From Proteromonas lacertae (Eukaryota): a DNA stretch of 64,000 nucleotides. Shown here one piece after another: positions 50,273 through 63,082 of the stretch. Every line of letters begins with the position of its first letter. Positions within the stretch are counted from its first letter, which is position 1. The translations under genes were made by a program, and so were the position numbers. The DNA lies in assembly GCA_002245135.1 (NCBI GenBank), contig NGBS01000307.1, positions 1 through 64,000 of the forward strand, in the 5' to 3' direction. The notes under the pieces were generated by a model. That model saw nothing but the letters and a program-made list of their open reading frames with translations. It made no database searches and had not been told where the DNA came from.

Positions 50273-51268
50273 ATGTATTATTGGTTTACAACATGGTTTT
50301 TATTGAACATAATCGTGACAGTTCTTAACAAAATATTGTTTGATCATTTTGAATTTTCATACCTATCGACTGTCAGAAGTATTTTAATTTCCTTTATATT
50401 ATAGTATCATATGATTACAACTGCTCTACTATCGTATTTAGTTATTCGTGATTCTGGTACTTTAAAGTTCGATAAAGACTTCACTATAAAAATGGTTATA
50501 TTAAGCAGTCTATTTTCATTAAATGTTATTCTTGGAAATGCATCAATGAGTTATTGTAGTTTAGCATTTGCTCAAGTATTAATTTTAATTTAACCTTTAC
50601 TAGTTAGTGAGATGTACAAAACCTATTATTACAGCAATACTTTCCTACTTAATATTGAAAAAAAATGAAAGTTTAGAAGTATGGATTTCGTTAATACCAG
50701 TTGTGTTTGGAGCAGTGTTTGTTACTGCTGGTGAATTGAAATTGACATTTTTAGGATTTGTATTGACAGTTAGTGGAAATATATTTAGTGGTTTAAAAGG
50801 AGTTATGGTGAAGAAATATTTATCAGGTGATAAATCAGTTCCACCAATGAATTTAGTGTTTTATGTATAATTACAATCAAAAAATATATACTATTATTTA
50901 AATAGACTAGTTTTTATGGTTCAATATTGTCTCTTATTGGACAAGCTTTATTCGATAAAGATTTCCCAAGATCTTTTGTTCCTAATAGTAATAAAGCTGC
51001 TATTGTTATTCTATTTCAATCAATATGTGCATTTTTTCTAAATTACTCTAATTTTGAAGCAAATAAAGAAACAAATCCTATTTTGTTGAATATTGGAGGA
51101 AATGTTAAGCAAGTTTTGATGGTTTTGTTTAGTGTGTATTATTTCCAAAGTCCAATGACATATACAGGCATTCTTGGAACTATAATTACGATAATTGGTG
51201 CTATTTGGTATGGATATGTAAAAGATCCAGCTAATTATAGCGTTTTATCCCCTTTCACTCCTCGATAG
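50273..51268 (+). CDS. Triose-phosphate/nucleotide-sugar transporter (TPT/SLC35E-like, DMT superfamily)
   Basis: WFLLNIIVTVLNKILF, NVILGNASMSYCSLAFAQLVRCTKPIITA, FFLNYSNF and GNVKQV, with multiple TM helices. Introns ~50372/50379-50404 (donor ambiguous), 50576-50603, 50865-50905. Confidence 0.85.
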
Positions 51269-51409
51269 GTTTAGTAATAATAGTAATAATAATAAAATAA
51301 TATATTGTGTTATTATTTGTATTTATTTATAGCAAATACAAAATGATTAATTAGAAAAATAATGTATTAACATATAGATATATTTACTATTGAACATATA
51401 TTTAAAAAA

Positions 51410-52472
51410 TTATTTCTGTTGTTCCAACATAGATCTTCTTACTTCTTCTATCCACTCATGAACAGTGTTAGTAGCTTTAGTATCATCATAATAATTAACC
51501 CAAGGGCTTTTCAGTAATTCAGAAGCTGGATATCTCTCCTTTGGGTCTTTAGCAACACATTTGGATAAAAACTCTCTACAATCATCACTAAATTTATCAG
51601 AAATCACTGGAGCTGGTGATTCTAATATTGTCTGTACCATATCAAAATAACTAGCTTGCTCAGGATATGGATAATGACCTGTCAAACCTTCAAACACAAT
51701 TAAACCAAAACTCCATATATCAGCCACATAGTCATATGGTTGATTAGTAATTCTCTCTGGTGACATGTATTTAGCTGTTCCTACAAATGTATGACACATG
51801 GCAATTGTTGATTGAAGTGCTGAACTTATCCCAAAATCTGCTACCTTTACTCTACCATCACTGTTTAATAGAATATTACCAGGTTTTATATCTCTATGTA
51901 CCATCTTCATATCTTTGAGTAATTCCAACCCTTTTAGTATTTGCCATACCATTGCTGATACTACTTTTTCTGGAATATATCCTACTTGTTGAATAACATT
52001 TTGAATCGATCCCCCATCCATATATTCCATTGCCAGTGATAATGCACCTTGAGACATAAAAGCACCAAAAAATGTTACTAGATATGGTGAATTTATATCA
52101 TATAAACACCTAATTTCATTCACAAATTGCTTTCTCTTTGATTCATCGAAAGCATTCACGATCTAAGTAAATTACGACTGTAAATATACTTTTAAAGCAA
52201 GTACAATATTCGTGGGTACATGTTGAGCAATTCTAACAACACTATTAGCTCCTTTACCAATGTAAGGACCTAATTCAAGTTCATCTGACACAATTGTATA
52301 GGATTTGTTGCTATTACGTTTTGCAACTCCAGTTGAATCTATAGCTATGTCATCTTTCACAAAGCAGTCATCACCAAGAAAAAAAGAAGTTGTACTGGAC
52401 TGTCTATAATATTCATAATATCGTCATGACATACGGTTGTAGTAATTGTGGTTTATCCTCCTTTCTCTCCAT
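51410..52472 (-). CDS. MAP kinase kinase (STE7 family), 3 exons
   Basis: GKGANSVV, LALK, MEYMDGGS, HRDIKPGN and DFGISSALQSTIAMCHTFVGTAKYMSPERI. Introns 52404-52434, 52163-52189. Confidence 0.93.
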
Positions 52473-54108
52473 GATCTAGAATGGCTAAAATTTGAAGATC
52501 TTTTATTGTCAAGTATTTGCTTGACTCAAATCTATAATGCAAAATGCAAAAAAATCTATTTTGAAAAGTTTCTACATTACAAATTTGGTTTTTATTAAAA
52601 TGTAAGTCCATATGTCAATCAGATCATTATTATTATGGGATTCTTTCTTCGTATACATACTCGTAATAATACTAAAATAAATTCATTCTAATTAATATCG
52701 TCAATATATATATAAACTTTTATTCCTAATATTCATACATATGTAAAACATAAAAAAAATGTTAGAACAAAACCGTTAAAAATCATAAAAACTATATGGT
52801 TTTATGAATGCAAAGCCTATATACTTCATTACTTCTTTGTATTGAACTAAATTGGAAAATGTAGATAATCTATACGCTTTAAATTTAATAAATTGAAACT
52901 TGTATAAGGCTTTTTTTTAATTTTAAACATTTTAAAACTCTTGGATTACTAATAAAATGCTCATAATGCTACTAAAACTTCTAATAAGAGGATAATTACA
53001 ATAAAATTTCATTTTAATGTGTGTACTTTTGTTCTATTGATATTTAAAGCATTGTGATATAGTATTTTTATTATAATATGTTAATATTTTCCACTTTATG
53101 AAGATCAAAACAAAACGTAGAAACATTTTTCGTCAGAATGAAATTTATTGTTCAAAATAGAATTGAAATGATTCATCTCTCATTTCATTGGAGCATATCC
53201 TATATCCTCAATTTTTAATACTATTTGTCACTTCTCGCTCATATTAGGCTTATAGAAATGGGTGTGCATAATGCCTTTTCACACTTTTATTAGAATTACT
53301 TTTCTTCAAAATATACATCATAACATATAAACTTATATCTGTTAGGTTTTGATATTATTTCACTCTAAAGCATAGATTTATTTAATGTTACAAAAATATA
53401 TTCTATCCACCTTCACATCCTTAATAGATCCTCTATTAGTTGTCAAATACGCACATAATGCTGTATAATAATAACAATTACAGCTTTTTTATTATAATTG
53501 TGTTTAATTTTCATTCATTCCTTTGAATAATGTTTAATTGTTATAATTATACTTAATATATACGCAAATATTAGTAATATATTGCTAAATAGCAAAAGAA
53601 TTGATAAACTACAAAACCGTTACTTTTATAACAACATTCATAAAACGGTTTTAAATATTTTTGAATTACATCATTTACCGTTTTATGTAATGAAAATTGT
53701 TATATAATGTTTGTTCTTTTGAATAATTAGAAATAGTATTCACTAAGCAACAAAATATTATAAAAATGAAATAGTTCTAAGAAGGGCATTAAAATAGAAC
53801 AAATGTTAAAAGGAATATTGTTATAAGTAATTTATAGTATATTCACTTTATCATTGAATAAATCCAAATATTTGCAATTTTGCAACATAAAAAACACAGA
53901 AATACTATCAATATATACAATAGTCTTTTCTATACTTATTTTGTTATCTATACCATATACATTCTGTATAATCACAAAACATAAAGATAAAATAAGAAGT
54001 CATTTTATTTATACTATAACATTCTCTGTTAAGCTAAAATGACTTATTTATTAATGTAAAAATGACTGTCAAATTTACATCACTTTACCTCATTTTTCAC
54101 GAAACGAA

Positions 54109-55032
54109 ATGGAGCAATCTCAAATACTTAGAACTTTAAGTACTGGTAATTTATCAACTGTATCACTGATAAGTGATGGGAAGAAGGAAAGAACTCTTAA
54201 AACTATTACATTATATAATGATAACAGAGATAGAGATATATTAGTCGAAGTATATTACCATATGCTTTATTATTTAATTTGTTTATAGTATCAAATATTA
54301 CAAATCCTAAATAACCCATATGTAATTAGATTAGATAAACATTTTCACAGCGAAGATAGATTAGAGTTATATTTCCCTTTTTACCGAGCAGGAGATTTAT
54401 CTCAAAGGATAAAACACCTAATTGAAAACAATATATATTTAACTGAAGATGCAATATGGATGCATTGTTTTGAACTTAGTAGTGCGTTGAAATATATTCA
54501 TAGTAGAAATATCATTCATAGAGATATTAAGCCAAATAATATTTTCATAAATGACAATAGTGAACTTATTCTAGCTGATTTTGGATTATCAGTTATTCTA
54601 AATCCTGGTGATTATGTTAATGAAACTGTTGGTACACCGCTTTATTCAGCACCAGAAGTACTTTTACATAAGTTTTACACATTCAAAATCGATATTTGGT
54701 CATTAGGTTTAGTTTTATATGAATTATGTAGTCACAGTAGATTATTTAATGTTTATACCATGAATGAATTAATGAAATCAATATCAGAATATGGATCTAA
54801 TTCCAGTAAATCTTCTAAGTTGGAAGGATTTCCATCTTTTTATTCTGATAATCTTCAATCATTAATTAAACAAATGTTATGTGTTGATCCTAAAAATAGA
54901 CCTGATTCCAATGAACTTTATGGAAAATTTGATGCTTTTGAAATGATGATTAAGAAAAATGATGCAAATATATTTTGGAATGGAATTAGAGAAATTGATG
55001 GAGTTAAATTTGTATCGAAGTTGTTGTATTAG
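54109..55032 (+). CDS. NEK/NIMA-like Ser/Thr kinase (kinase domain only), 2 exons
   Basis: Intron 54250-54288. AGDLSQRIK, HRDIKPNNIF, DFGLS, VGTPLYSAPE, DIWSLGLVLYELC and YSDNLQSLIKQML. Confidence 0.85.
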
Positions 55033-55232
55033 AGTATTTAGATAAAGAGAATAATTATATTTTCATATGTGTATATCTCATTGTAAGATTAGTGAATATA
55101 ATAATAAGCTTATGATTTTTATATTAAATGTAACTATATTTTGTTTTCATTGGATTTATACTTCATACACATAATACAAAACATTATATAAATATATATT
55201 TAGGAAAATTGATGTATAAAAAGTAAACTACA

Positions 55233-56133
55233 CTACATATCGTAATCATAAGTTAAATCTGATAATTTTTCTTCTACTTCCTTCAAATCATCATCGTCTT
55301 CCTCTTCTTCTTCATCATCATCATCATCATCATCTCTACCATATTGATGGTTTGTGTTAATAATAGATAAAGGATCAATTTCTTCATCTTTTTCACCTTC
55401 TTTTTTCAACATCAATTCATTATGAGCTTCTTCTGCTTCTTTTATATAATCATTTTGAACTTTAACTATTTCTGCACTAGTATTACATAGTGTATATTTA
55501 TCAAATAATTCTTTATTTATTGTTATAAATGAATTTCCCCAAACAAACTGATTCATCACTTCTATACCATAATCATAGAAACCTGTAAGCATCAGCGTAG
55601 CTGCTATTGATTCTGCGCATGTTAACTTCAAGGGTTTTCCATAATTCACCGAATTAGCTGCTGTTAAAAATGGAAGTAAACGATGATGTCCAAACTTGTG
55701 TAACTGTTTGAATGGAACTTCATCTAGTTTTGCCCATGAACAATCTATTACTGCAATTCCACTTTTTTCTACAATTTCCTATATAATAAGTTAGTAAACG
55801 AAGTATATTCTTACTTTATCTTCTTTTGAAACTGCTTTCTCCCCATATGGTGATAAAACTATCCCTTTAAATGGTTGGCTCATTCTTAATGTCTCTAAAT
55901 ATAACATTTGTTTGATATACTCAAATAACCAAGTCTTTCAAGTTTTCTACCTGTACATTTTTTGCTATCACATTGTTCAAAATCCCACATATATAAATTT
56001 ACAGGTAATTTCAACTACAACAATAAAATTAAGTCAATACTGGAACACTTCGGTTTTCACTTGGCCCATGTCTAACCACAACTGCTCCTTTGCTACGAGA
56101 GTTGAATTTTTCTTTCGCCTTGCCTTTTGGCAT
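55233..56133 (-). CDS. TSR3: 18S rRNA aminocarboxypropyltransferase Tsr3, 4 exons
   Basis: Spliced product: [72 protein letters not shown] and an acidic tail. Confidence 0.95.
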
Positions 56134-56199
56134 AATTAAGTTTTTGTTATTTCAAGCCAAAAAGCTTGACTACTATTTTTATCGTTTTTAATTTAAACA

Positions 56200-57640
56200 A
56201 TGGAAGAAGAGTATAATTTAAATTCTAATATCATAGATTACAAAATTTTATAAAGAAATATGAAGGTATGTCATTATTTTTATTTCTGTAGAAGGATGTA
56301 GAACAGGTTACCCAATGAACCTTATTTTTTCAAAATGTATTAACTTTTCTTATACTGTAGCTTTTATAATTACATTACCGTTTGAATTGCTCAAGGATGC
56401 ACTTCTAACACCATACACTATTTCGCCTAATGAAACATACCTCTTGGATGGATTAATAACGAGATACACATTCTTAAAAAGAGGTAGCACTGCCAAGAAT
56501 AATTTTAAAGAATTGTTCAAATTAATTCAATGGCACAACATCTCAGATGATTGTATATATTGTATAAAATCATTAAATATAGACTATGCTGATATTGTCC
56601 AACCATTATTTCTTTTTCCTGAAGAAGAGTCCTTCAAAATTGAAGATTGTGTGTTTGATAGAATTATAAATCCAGATTTATATACTATTATAGTCAGAAA
56701 TTATTACTGTATATAATACAATGTTTAATGTTATAATTTATTTGTTATAGATCCGCTAAGGAATGGTGTTGAACAAGAAACAAAAATTGAAGAATATTTA
56801 GATCAATTATTTGCTTTTGAAATTACACAGAAAGATGATATAATAGCATTGCTAGATACAATCCTTAAATCTTTCAATGAAGAACCAATCAATATATTGA
56901 GATTTATTCGTTTAAATGGTGTAGAAACATGTTATTCTTTACTCTCCTATAAGAATGACGATATTACAATAAAAGTGCTAAATCTGATTGGTGAAGTTGC
57001 TAGATCTGATTTCTATTATATATTTCCAGCCTTTGATATATTTAATGTTATAAATAAACAGTTTTTATTTACTAAAGATGGATTGTTATTGACCAACATA
57101 ATAGCTATATTGTTTGTGTCGTTAATGCATAAAGTTGGCTTACATTATTACAGAGACAAGAATAATTTAGAATATTTTCTATCGATTTACCAATATACTT
57201 ATCCTCCACTATTATATTATGTATCAGAACTATTAAAAATAGCAATTGTAGAAGAGAATTGGCCTTTGATTAAAGAGAGTTGCAGACATCAATTTGTATT
57301 ATCTGTCTTTTTAGTTTCACCTTGTAAAACTGTAAAAGAAGATGCTTTTAATATGATATATGAAAGTACAGTTAAAGAACATGAGATAGATGCATTTGTA
57401 AATCCAGATACTATTTATAGTTTATTAATATTTATAAAAGATCATACTGAAGATAAAGAAAAGTTGATCGAAATACTGTATCAACTTGTATCTTCTAGCC
57501 CAAAGTGTGTTAAATTTATGTTAGAACATGGAATGACTAGCTATTTGCGTAGTATTTATAAGTATAATAATAGTATAATGAGTCTTTACAAACAGATGAT
57601 TCTCAACAAAGAAATATTAGAATCATTTGAAAAGAATTAA
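56200..57640 (+). CDS. Hypothetical protein, possibly ARM/HEAT-like helical repeats in the C-terminal half
   Basis: Introns 56211-56236, 56266-56291, probable 56337-56360 and 56709-56750 join the ORF pieces. FIRLNGVETCYSLL and MLEHGMTSYL resemble ARM-repeat segments. Confidence 0.6.
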
Positions 57641-57744
57641 TTATTTTTATTGTTTTAATTGTTGTTTCTTTTAGATATTTCAACAATATGAAACAAACTT
57701 TATAAAAAATAATAAATATATATATTTAAAAAAGAAACAACATT

Positions 57745-60700
57745 TTAACATTTACTTATTTGTTTTTTAGCTTTTCCAACAATACAGCTATTAACTTGAC
57801 TAGCAAATCTTAAAGAACATAATGTTTCATTGTATGATTCAAAGGTTGGTGATAAGTTAACTATCATCAATGTCTTTCCTTCACCACTTAAACAAGGTTG
57901 TAAAAGATATGTCAATTTTGAGTTTCTGAATGGAATATGCTTATTATTCTGTGATATACTCAAAAATACATCACTTAAAGCACTCAAACTCTTGTTAATG
58001 TGTTTTGTTTCAACTAATGTTGAACCAGTAGCTTGACTTCTTGATAATCTTTCACTACCAGCTAAATCACATAAATTCAATGCACCAGTAACAACTACTT
58101 TCTCACTTTCATTTTCTCCTCTTATCTGTAATGTAAACACACTGTGTGAACGAGATGATCTTTCATTCATTGCAGTTGTCTATTATAAATAAATAATATA
58201 ATAATGAATATATATATATATATACTCCAACAGCACGATGTTTATCAGCAATAGCCATCAATTTCTTAATTTCATTTGTAGTATCAACTTTTACTCTTGT
58301 TAATCCAGGTATATATGTATGATTATCACTATCCATTTTAATTTGTAAATTCTGATTTTCATCACTACCTTCACTCAATAAATCTCTAATATTTTCATTA
58401 TATATTTCTAAAAATGTAACTTCAGTTGTGTATTTCCATCCTTGATTCTCCAACATTCTGCATTGCTCCATTACTTTCTCAATACTTCTTGGAATTATAC
58501 CTCTGTTATCACCAATACCTTTACCTTGAATAGTAAATGTTTTACCACTTCCAGTTTGACCATATGTGAATAAACATACATTATAACCATCTAAAGCACT
58601 TTGAACTAATTGACTTACCTCTTCAAATATATCTACTTGAGTTTTTGTACAATCAAATACTTTATCAAATATGAATTTATTCTTCTTACCTTTAGTATCA
58701 CATAGCGTTAATTCTGTGCCATCTGCTGCACAATCTACTGGACTATCACTATATTGACTATTATCACTTTTACTAATAGGTCTAACTCTTGCAATAACAC
58801 GAATATTACCTTTCAAATCTTGAATATCATTATGTAACTTTCTTCTTAATAAATCATTCTTATAACATTCACTTTGAAGTGTTCTGACTAATTGTTCTGC
58901 ATGCTCTAGACGTTGATATACTATTTCTTTGTCTGCAACTTGCTTTCTTAATGTTTCTGCTTCTTGAGATAATGAACATAATTTCTCTAGTTTTGATTTC
59001 TCTGAAGCACCAGCTAAGTTCTTTACATTTTCTAATTCACTGCTCAAGTTGTATTCTCTTTCTTTATATACGTTTATACTTTCTGTTAATTGATTATTTG
59101 TTTGAGTGAGTAATTGTATTTGATTCTTTGCTTCTACTATTTCAGCTGAATGTTGTTTTTGTAAGGCAGTCATTGTATCTTCATATGATTTTGTTGCATT
59201 TGCATATTCTGATTTCAATGCCTCATATTCATTTACTTTATAATTCTATAGATTAGATAATAATATATTCATACATATTGTTCTGACAATTGTACATGCT
59301 GATTATTTAATCCATTGTAATTGTCGTTCAATTCATTATACTGACATTGTAAGATATTCAACTGATTAGTTGTTTCATTCAATTGATTTGCTGTTTGTGT
59401 TAAGGCATTAATCTTCTCTTGAAGTTCTCTGGTTAAATCTTTTATTTGATCATTTAACTTATGTTCAGTATTAATAAACTGTTGTTTCTCTAATGTTAAT
59501 TTGTTTATTTGATTGGATAATTCATTCTTTTCATTATTCATATCACTTAATGTCTTTTCATGGAATTTTTGAGCTTGAGAATTATTATCTAATAATTGGT
59601 TTAATGTATTTTGCGTAGATTGTATTTGTTGTCCTAATGATTCTTTTTCTACTTCTAACCTGGTAATTTCTCTTTCACACTGAGATACTTTGTTTTGTAA
59701 TAAAACGTTGCTATTATTAGCTTCATTTAACTTTGTACTTAATTCAGTAATTTTGGCATTATTGTTGATGATTTGTTTCTTTTGGTTTTGAGATTGTTCA
59801 GTTAAATCACGAACTATATAGCGTTATATATTATTATTATATATACTTGTCTTTTGGATTGACTCAGATCCTGTCTCTATTTGTTGCTGTAAGTTATCAA
59901 CTTCTTGTGAATGTTGCTCTTTCATATTTTCTATTTCTTTTTCTACATGTTCTTTATAACTATCATATTCTTTAACTAAATTATTATATTCCATTTCACT
60001 TGATTTCTTTAGGTCATTATATTTGAAGTTATTCTCTTGAATATCTCCTTTTAATCCTAATATGATATTGTCTTTTTCAGCCATTTGATTTGTCATTTGT
60101 TCAATTCTATTTTCTAATTTAAAAGTCTTTTCTTCATATTTACTGATTTCTTCACCTAATTTTTCATTGTCTTTTGTTAAACTATGAACTTGTATCTATT
60201 AATATAATAATAATACAAATACATCATATTGCTTATTATTTTCCATTACTTTCATCTCCATTTCTTTCTTCTTTTCATATAACTCATTCAAACTATCACA
60301 TTTTTCATTATAATTGTTCCTTACTTCATTCAATTCAGTAGTCAATTTTTCTTTTAGATCAATCAAATTATTGATTTCAATTGTTTTTGCTTGAATTTCA
60401 CTCTTCATTGTTTGCTCAGTTTCTTGCTTATTGAGTGATAGGTTTTGAATCCTTTGTTTATACTCTTCAATTACTTCGTTATTATTGTTTATTATCTTTT
60501 CATATTCACTGATTTTGCTACTTAATTCAGAGATCTTTTCTTCATTCTCTGATTGGTTCTTTTCCAGTGTGCTAATCTTCATTGTATCGTTTCTCATATT
60601 GTCATTATATTCTGATTTGATTTGTTGTAACTCCATTGTTAATTCCATTAATTTATCATTCTTGACTTTATTCTCATTGGATAATTCTTCACTTTTTTCT

Positions 60701-61523
60701 TCTAATTTTGAATGTTGAGATAGCAAAATTTGGTTATTGTTCTTTAAATTTTCATACTCAAGCTGAGTTTGGTTTAGTATTTTTTCTAACTTGTCTTTTT
60801 CATCATTTAATTCCATTTTTATCTTTGATAATTCAGTTGTCTTGTTTATTATCATTGTATCTTTTTCTCGTGATATTCTTGCTATTTCATCCATTTCTAA
60901 TTGTGCATCTCTTTTCCATTGTAGAGATTTGTTAACTTCTTCTTTCATTGCATTTAACTGTTTTTCTGCTTGATCAAGTTGACTGTTCAATTTCAGTATT
61001 TGTTTTTTGTAATTTTCTCCTTCTCTTTCAGTCTATTTTAGTAAATAAATATATCATATATATAATATACAATTTCTAAATCTTCAACTACTCTCTTTCT
61101 CTTTCTACTAACTTCTTGAGCAAGATCTGTTCTTTCGTTGATTATTGTTCTACATTTCATTTCAATTTGTGACGCTTGTTCAATAAATAGGTCTTTCTTT
61201 TCTAGCAAAGATGATATGGCCTTTCTCATATCTTTCATAATTGCTTCATAATCTGCAATCTTCTCTTTATACTCGAATTTACCCCTCTTTGATTTTGCTT
61301 TAATCACTTTGTTGCATTCTTCATCATTATCAAATATGTTCTTAGCTAATTCGATAAGTTTCGGTATTTCAACTGAAGCAAGGTTTGAAGGTGAATTTTG
61401 TAAGGACTTTGCTCTGTAATCTAAGCCAACTTTTGTTGGCGTTGTTTCTTTACTTGAAGGTCTTCTCTTTCGAAATCCAAAACGAGAAACAGTATTTTCA
61501 CAGATATTCTCTTTATCAGACAT
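57745..61523 (-). CDS. Kinesin-14 (C-terminal motor, KIFC1/Kar3/NCD-like) with long coiled coil, 6 exons
   Basis: Neck [45 protein letters not shown] and [10 protein letters not shown] at the C-terminus. Five short introns near 61033-61070, 60196-60222, 59814-59846, 59248-59274 and 58181-58225. Confidence 0.95.
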
Positions 61524-61750
61524 TTTCTATTCGTATCTAATAACTAAATAACGAACTATATGTATGAATTTTGATAAATTAATAATTAAAAAATTCAAAA
61601 ATTTGAATTTATTTTCAAACAGTTAAATAAAATTGGTTAATGAAATAATTAGTCAAAAATTTACCACAAAATTTAAAATCTTCTTTTCTGTTCATCCATT
61701 TAACAGAATAGAAAAATCAAAAAATATAATTAATATTTAACTACACTAAT

Positions 61751-63042
61751 CTACATTTCTGGTATTTTTATATTCGAATCTTTCACCAATTCTTCATCAA
61801 TCATTAACATCATACTCTGATATATTTGCCAAGCTGATTTTATATTATTTTCATCTTTCAGTAGTGATCTAAATGTATTTTTCAATAAATTCAATCTATT
61901 GTATTTATCTTTATCATCTTCATTTCTTTCATACAAGTCAAGTTGCTGATAAACAACAATTCTATTAGAGTAATAATAATTAATATACTTTGTTTTACCC
62001 CACTGATACTTCAAATATTCCCAATCTGTCATATTCTCTACATTCTTTCCTGTTTTACTATCTTCATTATCTTGTTTCTTCATAAAATCCCATTTAATAA
62101 CTAAAGACTCAAATGAACGAGGAGTTAGACATGTAACATCACTACTTTCAGCTAAACAAGAGTTAAAAAGACGTGTGACTCTTGCATTACGCATTTCAGG
62201 GAATTTTTGTTTCATCTATTAATAAGAGAATGAATAAGAATGTAAACATACATATGTTTTAAATTCATCTAATGTAATCTTTCCGGTTTTTGATTGATTT
62301 ACTTCTTTAAACAACTTTGTACTATCTACTCTTGTATCAGTTGGACCTAATTGATATTGTTGCATCAAATACAACAAGAAATCTTCAATTGCTATTATAA
62401 TATAAACATAATTAAATAATACGAATAACACTATCTCTAACTGGAACTAAATGACCTTGAACTCTTTTTGAACATTTAAATTCAGTCATTCTCATTTCAT
62501 CCAATCTCTTAAGTATACTTTTCTGTATTTTTTCATTTACTGTTAGTATATAATGATTATCAATTTTCAATGAAAATGTTTTATCATCAACAGTAATATA
62601 CAACTAAAACATTAAAAATAGAAAAATAAATACATTCTTTGCTATTTCTATAAGTGATGTAGAAGGAAATAACATATAGTATGGTGCTTTATCTAATATA
62701 GTCATGTTTATGCTGTATTTTCTAGCATATTTCATAATAAATGAATAAATATAAAAAACATATTGCGAGGTTTCTAAATCTACTGTTTCACCAATACAAC
62801 ATAATTGTCTGAATAATCGAATTCTGGAAGACATTTTGTATGTTTGTTCAATAGTGTAACATAATTCATGTAACTAGTAATAGTAATAATATATAGATAT
62901 ACTTTTTGGTCTGTCATTCCTGCTAGACCATATTTTGTCAAAAAATAACCATAAACAAACTCAGGAAATGTCATTATTGGTGTTTCATCTCTTTTTGCAG
63001 TTTCATCTGTTGCTATCTTTTCTTCAAATAACTATACACAAG

Positions 63043-63082
<40 letters not shown>

